Virus record (IMG/VR): IMGVR_UViG_3300032242_000723 | Location: 1-64,000 of that record | Strand: one strand, 5' to 3' | DNA length: 64,000 nt | Shown: one piece after another, positions 1 to 9,960 of the stretch | Position numbering within the stretch: the stretch's first letter is position 1 | How the letters are laid out: every line of letters begins with the position of its first letter | Notes under the pieces: model-generated | Seen by the model: the letters and a program-made list of their open reading frames with translations, nothing else | The model's database searches: none | What the model was told of the DNA's origin: nothing | Position numbers and translations under genes: made by a program

Positions 1-2
1 AC

Positions 3-3000
3 TTAGGAACTGCACAAGTTCTTGCGACAGCAAACATAACTGCTCCTCAACTGATCTCAAACATTGCGACTGGTACTGCACCATTCGTTGTTACCTCTAC
101 CACTCAAGTAGCAAATCTAAATGCCGCCACCGCTGGTTCTGCTGGTGCGGCAACTACAGCAGGCACTGTGACAACTAATGCACAACCGAACATCACAAGT
201 GTTGGTACATTAACTGGATTAGGCGTCAATGGTACGATAACAGCAGCTAATATCACTGCAAACACAGGCGTATTCACTGGTAATGGTAACGGATTAAGTT
301 CTATTGTCGGTGCAAATGTAACGGGTACTGTAGCAAGTGCAACGGCAGCCACAAATGCATCTGCTCTATTACAAAACACCTCAACTGCTACTACTGTGTA
401 TCCGACATTCAGTGCGTCGTCTGCAAATGGAAACTCAGCGGCAGTAATCAATACAGGCATTAGTGCTAACCTAGGTAACTCTTCTATTACAGCTACGACT
501 TTTGTAGGTGCGTTGAGTGGTGCTGCTACTTCTGCAACAACTGCAGGCACTGTAACAACTAATGCACAACCAAACATCACTTCAGTTGGTACTCTTACTT
601 CACTTGGTGTTAATGGTACTATTACTGCTGTTGCATTCACTGCAAACACAGGCGTATTTACAGGTAATGGTAATGGGTTAAGTTCACTAGTCGGTGCGAA
701 TGTTACTGGTACGGTAGCGAGTGCTACCGCAGCTACCAATGCATCTGCATTATTACAGAACACCTCAACTGCTACTACTGTGTATCCGATGTTCACTACA
801 TCAAGTGCAAATGGCAATTCATCTGCGGCAATCAATACAGGCATCAGTGCTAACCTAGCAAATAATTCGATAACCGCTACAACTTTTGTAGGTGCATTAA
901 GTGGTGCTGCAACTTCTGCAACAACAGCAGGCACTGTAACTACCAATGCACAACCGAATATTACCTCAGTTGGTACATTGTCTTCGCTTGGAGTTAACGG
1001 AACAATAACAGCAGTCAACATCACTGCGAATACAGGTGTATTCACTGGTAATGGTAATGGATTAAGTTCACTTGTTGGTGCTAATGTAACTGGTACAGTA
1101 CCAAATGCTACCGCAGCTACCAATGCATCTGCATTATTACAGAACACATCAACTGCAACTACAGTTTACCCGACATTCAGTGCTTCATCAGCAAATGGCA
1201 ACTCATCCGCAGTGATCAATACAGGCATCAGTGCTAACTTAGGTAATGCGTCAATCACTGCTACGACATTTGTCGGTGCGTTGAGTGGTGCTGCTACTTC
1301 TGCAACAACTGCAGGTACTGTAACTACCAATGCACAGCCGAATATCACAAGTGTTGGCACGTTATCATCTTTAGGTGTATCCGGTACAATAACAACAAGC
1401 ACATTAACATCGAACGTCGCAACTGGTACTGCTCCGTTTGTTGTCACTTCAACTACTCAGGTAGCAAATCTAAGTGTTGCCACTGCCGGTTCTGCTACTA
1501 CAGCAGGTAGTGCAACTACAGCAGGTACTGTGACAACTAATGCACAACCGAATATCACAAGTGTCGGTACATTAACTGGATTAGGTGTCAATGGTACATT
1601 ACAAGCGGTAAACATTACTGCAAATACAGGTGTATTCACCGGCAACGGTAACGGATTAAGCTCCATTGTTGGTGCAAATGTAACTGGAACTGTAGCAAGT
1701 GCTACTGCGGCAACCAACGCAAGTGCCCTATTACAAAACACGTCAACAGCGACTACAGTTTACCCGACATTTACTACTTCAAGTGCGAATGGTAACTCAT
1801 CTGCGGTAATCAATACAGGCATCAGTGCCAACCTAGCAAATAATTCGATCACTGCAACTACGTTTGTTGGTGCGTTGAGTGGTGCAGCTACTTCTGCAAC
1901 AACTGCAGGTACTGTGACAACTAATGCACAACCAAACATCACAAGTGTTGGTTCGTTATCTTCGTTGAATGTATCTGGAAATGCGAATATTGGCAACGTA
2001 GGAACAGCACAAGTTCTTGCTACTGCAAACATAACCGCTCCTCAACTAATCTCTAACATAGCAACTGGTACTGCACCATTCATTGTTACATCTACGACTC
2101 AAGTAGCAAATTTAAATGTTGCTAGTGCAGGTTCCGCCACTACAGCAGGTAGTGCAACTACAGCAGGTACAGTAACAACCGCTGCTCAAGGTAATATTAC
2201 AAGTGTTGGCACATTAACTGGTTTAGGCGTCAATGGAACTCTGCAAGCTGTAAACATCACTGCGAATACAGGTGTATTCACTGGTAATGGTAATGGACTA
2301 AGCTCAATCGTTGGTGCAAATGTCACGGGACAAGTAGGAAACTCTGCTATAGCTGGCACTGTTTACACTAATGCACAACCAAACATCACAAGTGTTGGTT
2401 CGTTATCTTCGTTGAATGTAACTGGAAATATCACATCAGGCAACTTAAGCGGTACATTAGTAACTGGTACAGTAACAACAAATGCTCAACCAAACATCAC
2501 ATCATTAGGCTCATTGTCTGCATTGACTGTCACTGGTAATCTTTCATCAGGTAATGCAAACTTAGGCAATCTTGCAAAGGCAAACTTCTTCCAGGGCGAC
2601 GGATATTTATTAACAAACGTTTCTGTCTCTACTGGCAATTCTATTGTAAACGGTAACTCAAATGTAAGCATACCATCAGCAAATGGCAACATCAACATCA
2701 GTGCAGTAGGCAATGCAAACATTGTTGTAGTGACAGGAACGGGAGCAAACATCACAGGTTATGCGAACGTATCTGGAAATGTCAATGCTGGTAATGTGAT
2801 CGCTACTCTACTAGGTGGAACTCTTACAACCGCAACACAACCGAACATCACGTCGTTGGGTACACTAACAGGCTTGAATGTTGCTGGTATTTCTAACTTA
2901 GGCCCAAACAGCAATCTCATCATCACAGGTGGTGTCAGTGGTGCATTCTTAAAGACAAACGGCAGTGGTGTATTAACTTGGGATACTGGTACACTTAACC

Positions 3001-6000
3001 CTGCTCAAGGCACAAACACGCAAGTCATCTTCAACGATGCAGGAGTCTATGCAGGTAACACAGGTTTACTATTTGACAAAACAACTGGCGTGTTTACTGT
3101 GTCTGGTAACGCAAGCGTAGGTAATATTGCCGCATCAATTGGTACATTTACGAATATAGCAGGTAGTCTAACAACTAATGCACAACCTAATATCACTTCA
3201 GTAGGTGCGTTGACTGGATTAATAGTGCAGGGAAATATCAATGCAGCTAATATTACAGTAGCAGCAGGTACTATCACTGCTAACTTTTTCTCAGGCAATG
3301 CAAATAGCTTGTCAAATATTCCAGGTGCCAATGTAGTTGGTGCTGTACCAAGTGCAACATCTGCAACCAACGCAAGTGCCCTATTACAAAACACATCAAC
3401 TGCTACTACCGTGTATCCGACGTTCACTACTTCAAGTGCAAATGGTAACTCGTCGGTTGTATTCAACACAGGTATTAATGCCAATTTAAGTAATTCATCT
3501 ATTACAGCTACGACTTTTGTTGGTGCATTATCCGGTACTGCTACTTCAGCAACAACAGCAGGTACGGTAACAACCAATGCACAACCAAATATCACAAGTG
3601 TTGGATCGTTGTCTTCACTAAATGTAACTGGTAATGCAAACGTTGGTAACTTAGGTACAGCACAAGTTATTGCAACAGGCAATGTTACTTCAAGTGCAAA
3701 CTTAATATCTGACAACATTCTCGGCAGAACAGGTGCATTGACTATTACTTCTGCTGGTACGAATACTAACATCAACTTGAAGCCAAATGGTACTGGTAAT
3801 ATTGATGCGAATAGCACATTTATTACCAATGTAAAAGAACCAGTAAACCCACAAGATGCAGCTACTAAGAACTATGTAGACACTGTTGCTCAAGGACTTC
3901 ATGTACACCAAGCAGCGTATGTAGCAACAACAAGTACATTGGCTGTTGCTACTGGTGGTACAGTTGTATATAACAACGGTGCGTCTGGTGTTGGTGCAAA
4001 TCTCGTAACTACTGGTACATATTTGTTGATAGACGGTGCAAATGTACAGACTGTTGGTACTCGTATTCTTGTCAAGAACGAAGCAAACCAAGCATGGAAC
4101 GGTGTTTACACTTACGCAAACACTACAACCATTGTTCGTGCTACTGACTTTGACCAACCAGTTGAAGTAGCGGGCGGCGACTTCTTGTTTGTTACTTCTG
4201 GTTCTGTAAACGCTGATACAAGTTGGGTACAAACTACTGATTCGCCTGTTACAATCGGTACAAGTCCAATTGTATTTGCTCAGTTCTCTGGCGCTGGTAC
4301 ATATAATGCTGGTACAGGCTTAACATTAACTGGTACTACATTTAGTATTACTAATACAACAGTAACTCCAGCAGCATATGGTGGTAGTGATACTGTTGCA
4401 ACATTTACTGTTAACCAACAGGGCCAACTAACAGCAGCCGCAAACGCAGTAATTCAAGCTAATGCTGGTAACTTATCAGGTACTGTTCTCAAGTCAACAG
4501 TAGTAACTTCTAGTTTAACTAGTGTAGGTACACTGTCTTCATTAAACGTGTCTGGAAACGCTAACGTAGGTAATTTAGGTACAGCACAAGTTCTTGCTAC
4601 AGCAAACATCACTGCTCCTCAACTGATCTCTAATATAGCAACTGGAACTGCTCCTTTTGTTGTTACTTCAACTACCCAAGTAGCAAATCTAAATGTTGCG
4701 ACTGCTGGAACAGCAGGCAGTGCAACTACTGCCGGCACTGTAACAACCGCTGCTCAAGGCAATATTACAAGTGTTGGCACGTTAACATCGCTTGGTGTCA
4801 ATGGAACTGTGACTGCTGTTGCATTTACTGCAAACACAGGTGTATTCACTGGTAATGGTAATGGACTAAGTTCACTCGTTGGTGCAAACGTAACTGGAAC
4901 TGTAACAAGTGCAACTAACGCAAGTGCTCTACTACAAAACACATCAACTGCAACTACTGTGTATCCAATATTTACCGCTTCAAGTGCAAATGGTAACTCA
5001 TCGGCTGTACTCAATACAAGTATCAGTGCTAACTTAAGTAATGCGTCGATCACCGCAACTACTTTTGTTGGTGCTCTATCTGGTGCTGCAACTTCTGCAA
5101 CAACAGCAGGCACAGTAACGACTAATGCACAGCCAAACATCAATTCGGTTGGTACACTGTCTTCATTAAATGTATCTGGCAATGCTAACGTAGGTAATTT
5201 AGGTACAGCACAAGTTCTTGCTACTGCTAATATCACTACTCCACAGGTGATTGCGAATATCGCACAAGGTACTGCACCGTTTTTGATTAATTCAAATACC
5301 GTAGTTGCAAATCTTAATGCCAGTTTGTTGCTCGGTGCAACAAGTGCAGTTGCAAATACCGCAAGTACTATTGCATTACGTGATGCAAATGGTAACGTAT
5401 CGGCCAACTATTTCACTGGTAATGGTAGTCAGTTAACTGGTATCATCACTTCAGTTTCAAATGTCAGTAACGGCACTTCTAACCTTAACATTGCAACATC
5501 TGGTGGTAACGTGACCACATCAGTCGGTGGAACTGCAAACGTATTGGTTATCACTGCAACAGGTGCAAACATTGCTGGTACATTGAATACTGGTACAGGT
5601 AACGCGAATATTGGTAACTTAGGTACAGCACAAGTTCTTGCTACAGCAAACATCACTGCTCCTCAACTGATCTCAAATATCGCAACTGGAACTGCTCCGT
5701 TCTTAGTTAACTCTAACACAGTAGTTGCTAACTTGAATGCTAGCCTATTGCTCGGTGCAACAAGTGCAGTTGCAAATACAGCGAGTACAATCGTCTTGCG
5801 TGATGCAAATGGTAACGTATCAGCTAACTATTTCACTGGTAACGGCAGTCAATTAACCGGTATCATCACTTCAGTTTCAAATATCAGCAATGGTACTTCT
5901 AACGTTAATATTCCAGCAATCAATGGTAATATCACATTCAGTAGTGCAGGCAATGCAAACGTTGTTGTCGTTACTGGTACTGGAATTGTTAGAAATTCAT

Positions 6001-6443
6001 TGAATATCCCTACGTTTGCATTTACATCAGCCACTCCACCTGCTTCTGCACTTGCCGGAGATCAATGGTATAATACTACAACAGGTGTATTGTTTGAATA
6101 TTTGAATGACGGTACATCAACGCAGTGGTTCGATATCGGAACAATTCCAGCTACAGTTGGCTTTGTTCCTACTCTAGCATACAGAACAACAACGGCTAAT
6201 ACTAGTATTACGAGTGCAGACGGACTAATATTAGCAAACGGAATACTTACAATTACACTTCCTAATGCTTCTGCCGTACCCGGAAGACAGTTTTATATTA
6301 AAAACATAAATACTAGTAATGCACTAGTGACTATCTCGCCGATCGGTACTGACTTGATTGACGGTAAAGCTAATGCATCGGTTGCATATTACAACACAAT
6401 GCTTGGTGTAATTTCAATCTCAACAGGGTGGGTACTATTCTAA
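3..6443 (+). CDS. Giant tail fibre / adhesin, 5' end outside the window
   Basis: The frame is open from base 3 (LGTAQVLATANIT...), so the ORF-track GTG at 168 is internal. T/A/N/G/S/V-rich repeats (TTNAQPNITSVGTL). Central phage fibre domain DAATKNYVD...RILVKNE...NGVY...RATDFD and a GDQWYNTTTGVLFEY C-terminal motif. Confidence 0.85.
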   Translation, partial: LGTAQVLATANITAPQLISNIATGTAPFVVTSTTQVANLNAATAGSAGAATTAGTVTTNAQPNITSVGTLTGLGVNGTITAANITANTGVFTGNGNGLSSIVGANVTGTVASATAATNASALLQNTSTATTVYPTFSASSANGNSAAVINTGISANLGNSSITATTFVGALSGAATSATTAGTVTTNAQPNITSVGTLTSLGVNGTITAVAFTANTGVFTGNGNGLSSLVGANVTGTVASATAATNASALLQNTSTATTVYPMFTTSSANGNSSAAINTGISANLANNSITATTFVGALSGAATSATTAGTVTTNAQPNITSVGTLSSLGVNGTITAVNITANTGVFTGNGNGLSSLVGANVTGTVPNATAATNASALLQNTSTATTVYPTFSASSANGNSSAVINTGISANLGNASITATTFVGALSGAATSATTAGTVTTNAQPNITSVGTLSSLGVSGTITTSTLTSNVATGTAPFVVTSTTQVANLSVATAGSATTAGSATTAGTVTTNAQPNITSVGTLTGLGVNGTLQAVNITANTGVFTGNGNGLSSIVGANVTGTVASATAATNASALLQNTSTATTVYPTFTTSSANGNSSAVINTGISANLANNSITATTFVGALSGAATSATTAGTVTTNAQPNITSVGSLSSLNVSGNANIGNVGTAQVLATANITAPQLISNIATGTAPFIVTSTTQVANLNVASAGSATTAGSATTAGTVTTAAQGNITSVGTLTGLGVNGTLQAVNITANTGVFTGNGNGLSSIVGANVTGQVGNSAIAGTVYTNAQPNITSVGSLSSLNVTGNITSGNLSGTLVTGTVTTNAQPNITSLGSLSALTVTGNLSSGNANLGNLAKANFFQGDGYLLTNVSVSTGNSIVNGNSNVSIPSANGNINISAVGNANIVVVTGTGANITGYANVSGNVNAGNVIATLLGGTLTTATQPNITSLGTLTGLNVAGISNLGPNSNLIITGGVSGAFLKTNGSGVLTWDTGTLNPAQGTNTQVIFNDAGVYAGNTGLLFDKTTGVFTVSGNASVGNIAASIGTFTNIAGSLTTNAQPNITSVGALTGLIVQGNINAANITVAAGTITANFFSGNANSLSNIPGANVVGAVPSATSATNASALLQNTSTATTVYPTFTTSSANGNSSVVFNTGINANLSNSSITATTFVGALSGTATSATTAGTVTTNAQPNITSVGSLSSLNVTGNANVGNLGTAQVIATGNVTSSANLISDNILGRTGALTITSAGTNTNINLKPNGTGNIDANSTFITNVKEPVNPQDAATKNYVDTVAQGLHVHQAAYVATTSTLAVATGGTVVYNNGASGVGANLVTTGTYLLIDGANVQTVGTRILVKNEANQAWNGVYTYANTTTIVRATDFDQPVEVAGGDFLFVTSGSVNADTSWVQTTDSPVTIGTSPIVFAQFSGAGTYNAGTGLTLTGTTFSITNTTVTPAAYGGSDTVATFTVNQQGQLTAAANAVIQANAGNLSGTVLKSTVVTSSLTSVGTLSSLNVSGNANVGNLGTAQVLATANITAPQLISNIATGTAPFVVTSTTQVANLNVATAGTAGSATTAGTVTTAAQGNITSVGTLTSLGVNGTVTAVAFTANTGVFTGNGNGLSSLVGANVTGTVTSATNASALLQNTSTATTVYPIFTASSANGNSSAVLNTSISANLSNASITATTFVGALSGAATSATTAGTVTTNAQPNINSVGTLSSLNVSGNANVGNLGTAQVLATANITTPQVIANIAQGTAPFLINSNTVVANLNASLLLGATSAVANTASTIALRDANGNVSANYFTGNGSQLTGIITSVSNVSNGTSNLNIATSGGNVTTSVGGTANVLVITATGANIAGTLNTGTGNANIGNLGTAQVLATANITAPQLISNIATGTAPFLVNSNTVVANLNASLLLGATSAVANTASTIVLRDANGNVSANYFTGNGSQLTGIITSVSNISNGTSNVNIPAINGNITFSSAGNANVVVVTGTGIVRNSLNIPTFAFTSATPPASALAGDQWYNTTTGVLFEYLNDGTSTQWFDIGTIPATVGFVPTLAYRTTTANTSITSADGLILANGILTITLPNASAVPGRQFYIKNINTSNALVTISPIGTDLIDGKANASVAYYNTMLGVISISTGWVLF
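171..1916 (+). repeat. 384-nt (128-aa) coding repeats in the tail fibre
   Basis: TTNAQPNITSVG units start at 171, 555, 939 and 1323 (384-nt period), and again at 1533 and 1917. Further partial copies lie downstream. A separate ~420-nt duplication occurs near 5181 and 5601. Confidence 0.85.
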
Positions 6444-6709
6444 TGGCATATGCAGAACAAATTCAGGTTATCGGTAGTGTAAGCGCAGGACAAAGCCCGC
6501 AATATTTACCTGCTGTTCCTACTGAAAACACTGATCAATTTGAAGGTTTATCTCAAATTGAAATTATGGGTCAAATTCTTCTGGAATTGAGAATATTGAA
6601 TCAACAAATTAACGAATTACCAAGACTACTAGTAAATGGTCTAGCTCCTCAAGATACTCCAGAATCTTACAGAGCGGATCCAACATTCAATAACTTAAAG
6701 GGAACATAA
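6443..6709 (+). CDS. Hypothetical protein
   Basis: ATG overlaps the upstream stop (TAATG); in-frame with ORF-track 6428..6709. Confidence 0.7.
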   Translation: MAYAEQIQVIGSVSAGQSPQYLPAVPTENTDQFEGLSQIEIMGQILLELRILNQQINELPRLLVNGLAPQDTPESYRADPTFNNLKGT

Positions 6710-6712
6710 AAT

Positions 6713-7354
6713 ATGATTATTCAAGGACAAGTCGGCCCGTTAGCTTCAAGTGCTTCACTTGCAGCAGGCACACAACCAGTAACTCGCTTAGGCAACATGG
6801 GCGATGCTGTCGTTTCAGAACTACACGGTCGTTATTACGAAGCAACATATCGTCGTACTATCTATTACGCTACTACATTAGCACAGACCACAACTGCTTT
6901 CACAACTGGTTCAACTACTGCTGTAGTTGGTCTAACTATCGCAAACCCAATCTCTTCACCAGTTAACTTGGTATTGAATAAGATTGGTCTTTCATATACT
7001 GTTGCTTTCGCAGGTGCAGCATCAATCGGTCTAGCAGTTGGTTACAACTCATCAACTAACGTAACTCACACAACTCCAGTAACTGTTCGTTCTGGGTATG
7101 TTGGTGTAGGTACTGCTGGTTTTGGTCTAGTTGACTCTTCCGCAACTGTTCCTACTGCACCGAACACAACTCACATCTTTGGTGCTGGTTTAACTGGTGC
7201 GATCACAACTATTCCATACATTGGTCCACAAATTGTTGATCTCGAAGGTTCAGTTATTCTTCCTCCTGGAGCTTATGCTACAATCGTAACATCAGCAGCA
7301 TCAGGTGCATCGGGCGCGTTCTATTCATGCTCATGGGAAGAAGTTCCACTTTAA
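6713..7354 (+). CDS. Putative virion structural protein
   Basis: 213 aa, S/T/G/A/V-rich beta-type composition, SD AAGGGA, located in the tail operon. Confidence 0.6.
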   Translation: MIIQGQVGPLASSASLAAGTQPVTRLGNMGDAVVSELHGRYYEATYRRTIYYATTLAQTTTAFTTGSTTAVVGLTIANPISSPVNLVLNKIGLSYTVAFAGAASIGLAVGYNSSTNVTHTTPVTVRSGYVGVGTAGFGLVDSSATVPTAPNTTHIFGAGLTGAITTIPYIGPQIVDLEGSVILPPGAYATIVTSAASGASGAFYSCSWEEVPL

Positions 7355-7378
7355 TAGTATAACATAGGTATTAGTTGA

Positions 7379-7879
7379 ATGTCAGTTTTATCGCCTATCC
7401 CTCAGGCATCATATCCCGCTACGATGGTGATTACTCGCACTGTCACTGTACAGGTGCAGCCAACAATCACGGCTTCATCTGCATATGTTGCTAACAACTG
7501 TGTGGGCGGTAAACTGACATTCAGTAATATATTAGGTCAACAGCAAAGTGGTGTTGTTCAAAACATCACTGTTGCTTGCAAGACTGCGCAAACTACTGGT
7601 TATAAATTGTATTTGTTTACAGCTAACCCATCTAATACTACTATAACTGATAAAGCTACCCCTACATTGAGTGTTCTTGATCTACCAAACTTAGTTGATG
7701 TGATCACACTAGGTGCATCGGATTCAACTCTTACTCCAACTTTAAACGTTGCAGACAACATTGGCCGTGCTGTAGTGTCATCTACTACTAATCTTTATGG
7801 CATTTTACTCGCAACTGGTACTCCTACCTATACTACCAATGATGCTATATTCGTGACGCTCACTGTATTACAGGACTAA
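7379..7879 (+). CDS. Putative virion structural protein
   Basis: 166 aa, T/V-rich, located in the tail operon. Confidence 0.55.
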   Translation: MSVLSPIPQASYPATMVITRTVTVQVQPTITASSAYVANNCVGGKLTFSNILGQQQSGVVQNITVACKTAQTTGYKLYLFTANPSNTTITDKATPTLSVLDLPNLVDVITLGASDSTLTPTLNVADNIGRAVVSSTTNLYGILLATGTPTYTTNDAIFVTLTVLQD

Positions 7880-7883
7880 ATTT

Positions 7884-8570
7884 ATGCCTAGTTATTTCGG
7901 CGCAAGAAGAGCATTAGTTAATATAGGTGGTGCAGGTCCCTCAGGTATTTTTAATATTGCACTCGCTTCGGGAGATTCTTCTGCAGGGCTTGCTACTAAC
8001 CTGCTATCCGCCGCCACTAATTATCCAAGATTGTTATTAAATATAACACAGTATACGAGCAGTACGTTGCCTGCTGTTACTGCTGGACAATTTGATGCTA
8101 TTTTATTCTGGTCAAATGGTACATTAACTTGGAACTCATCTTTTGATACGTTTAATAATGCAAACGGAGGTCTAGTTACTGGTCAATTTTACGGAAGTAC
8201 AGGAATAACTAGCATCACGAGCACGATCATGCCAACCGTAAGCGGTACTGGGGGTCAATCAGGCGGCGCTATCACTTGGCCAGTTGGACCCTATACTACT
8301 CCTATTGCAAACGGATACAATGGTACCACTCAACAAGTCAAGCCTTTTACTACATTTACCTATGCAGCTACGTCCCCTACATTAAATGCAGGAGCTACTA
8401 CTGTAGTGACCTCAACCGGAGGTGCAACTTTACCCTTCGTTATAGTTAAAGATAATACAGCACCCACCGGAAGAACAGTTTTTTTTAATGCTTACCCTCT
8501 TGATGGTAGTGATCCGAACTTCTCTTTATTGATGCTAAATTCACTGTTATGGGCTGCTAGAAAGATATAA
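7884..8570 (+). CDS. Putative virion structural protein
   Basis: 228 aa, T/G/S-rich, located in the tail operon. Confidence 0.55.
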   Translation: MPSYFGARRALVNIGGAGPSGIFNIALASGDSSAGLATNLLSAATNYPRLLLNITQYTSSTLPAVTAGQFDAILFWSNGTLTWNSSFDTFNNANGGLVTGQFYGSTGITSITSTIMPTVSGTGGQSGGAITWPVGPYTTPIANGYNGTTQQVKPFTTFTYAATSPTLNAGATTVVTSTGGATLPFVIVKDNTAPTGRTVFFNAYPLDGSDPNFSLLMLNSLLWAARKI

Positions 8571-8625
8571 CGGTACAATTTTCAAAAGATGCTAAATACT
8601 AAAGCAATAAAGGGCATCTAATAGT

Positions 8626-9135
8626 ATGGCATTGTTTCCAATATCACCAACTAATGGTCAACAAACAACCATTAACAATATTACGTATACCTACGATAGT
8701 ACTCAAACAGCATGGGTAAGAAGTTCTACAACTGGTAACGTAACTGCTGGTAACGGTACTTTTTCAGGTAACGTAACTGCTTCTAATATCATCATAACTA
8801 ACAATGTAATATACAGTGTTGCTAACGGTATCGCTGCGGCTGGAACAGTACAAGCGAATGCTCAAGCAATAACTAAAGACATCAACATTGTTAATACAGT
8901 CTTATTAGGCGCGGGTGTCTCGCTGCCAACTGCTATTGCTGGATATAGAATTACTATTATTAATACATCAGCAAATACATTGAACGTGTATCCACTTGGT
9001 AATGGTATTATCAACTCACAAACAGCAAACATTGCTTTTTCACATCCAGCTGGTGCAAGACTAGATTTTATCTGTACTGCGGCTGCAACTGCTCCCGGTG
9101 GACAGTGGTATACTCTAAACACTACATATGCTTAA
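8626..9135 (+). CDS. Tail-fibre-like protein
   Basis: N-terminal MALFPISPTNGQ...TYTYDSTQTAW motif typical of phage fibre proteins; late promoter TAAATA at 8593. Confidence 0.6.
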   Translation: MALFPISPTNGQQTTINNITYTYDSTQTAWVRSSTTGNVTAGNGTFSGNVTASNIIITNNVIYSVANGIAAAGTVQANAQAITKDINIVNTVLLGAGVSLPTAIAGYRITIINTSANTLNVYPLGNGIINSQTANIAFSHPAGARLDFICTAAATAPGGQWYTLNTTYA

Positions 9136-9152
9136 TAAGGAAGGAATCTATT

Positions 9153-9320
9153 ATGGCTAAAGTTAAAGGCGGCTCTAACGGAGCAGTAAAGATCAGTTTT
9201 TCTAATCAAGTAAAAGGTAGAACCACTATCGGTGGAACACCAAACGCAATCAAGTTCAGCACTATGAACAAGAGCAAGCGTAGAAGCTACAAGCCAAGTC
9301 GCGGCCAAGGTAAACCGTAA
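9153..9320 (+). CDS. Small basic protein
   Basis: 55 aa, K/R-rich, ending RGQGKP; SD AAGGAAGG before ATG 9153. Confidence 0.65.
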   Translation: MAKVKGGSNGAVKISFSNQVKGRTTIGGTPNAIKFSTMNKSKRRSYKPSRGQGKP

Positions 9321-9329
9321 ATATTCATC

Positions 9330-9959
9330 ATGTCTAAGATCACACTTGAACTATTAAAACAAATATGCCCTAGAACAAAGGCCACTGTACTCGCAAAGTA
9401 TGTTGAGCCATTGAATACGATTGGCGAACACTTTGACCTGTTTGAGAATCCAAAACGCATGGCTGCATTCTTAGCTCAAACATCACATGAGTCAGGTGGA
9501 TTCAACATCATCAAAGAGAATCTAAACTACTCAGCACTAGGTTTAACCAAAACGTTTAAGAAGTATTTCCCAACATTAGCAATAGCAACACCTTATGCTA
9601 AGAAGCCAGCAATGATCGCGAACAAAGTCTATGCAAATCGCATGGGCAACGGTACACCAGCATCAGGTGATGGATATAAGTACTGTGGTCGTGGCTTGAT
9701 TCAGTTAACTGGTAAGCAGAACTATACGAAGTTTGCAAAATCGATCAACAAGACACTTGCTGAAACGGTCGCATACTTAGAGACACCTGAAGGAGCAGTA
9801 GCATCAGCAGGATGGTTCTGGAATGCGAACAAGCTAAATATCTATGCAGACAAAGAAGACTTTACAGGACTCACTAGACGTATCAACGGCGGTACGATCG
9901 GTCTAGCAGATAGAAAACATCACTATGATATCGCTATCAAAGTGTTAGGTAAGGAATAA
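9330..9959 (+). CDS. Glycoside hydrolase family 19 endolysin
   Basis: Motifs AAFLAQTSHESGGF, ENLNYS, GRGLIQLTGK.NY, SAGWFW, TRRINGGTIGLADR. Confidence 0.92.
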   Translation: MSKITLELLKQICPRTKATVLAKYVEPLNTIGEHFDLFENPKRMAAFLAQTSHESGGFNIIKENLNYSALGLTKTFKKYFPTLAIATPYAKKPAMIANKVYANRMGNGTPASGDGYKYCGRGLIQLTGKQNYTKFAKSINKTLAETVAYLETPEGAVASAGWFWNANKLNIYADKEDFTGLTRRINGGTIGLADRKHHYDIAIKVLGKE

Positions 9960-9960
9960 A

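Noticed and set aside
171-5880. Tail-fibre repeats as a CRISPR array or DGR template/variable pair
   Set aside because: The repeats are in-frame coding units with synonymous divergence, have no unique spacers and no adenine-specific variation, and there is no reverse transcriptase in the window.
104-6034. Long minus-strand ORFs (104-1147, 3047-3829, 4754-5407 and others) opposite the tail fibre
   Set aside because: Antisense shadows: Thr/Ala/Asn/Gly/Val-rich codons rarely give stops on the reverse strand; no SD or promoter, and they mirror the + strand repeats.
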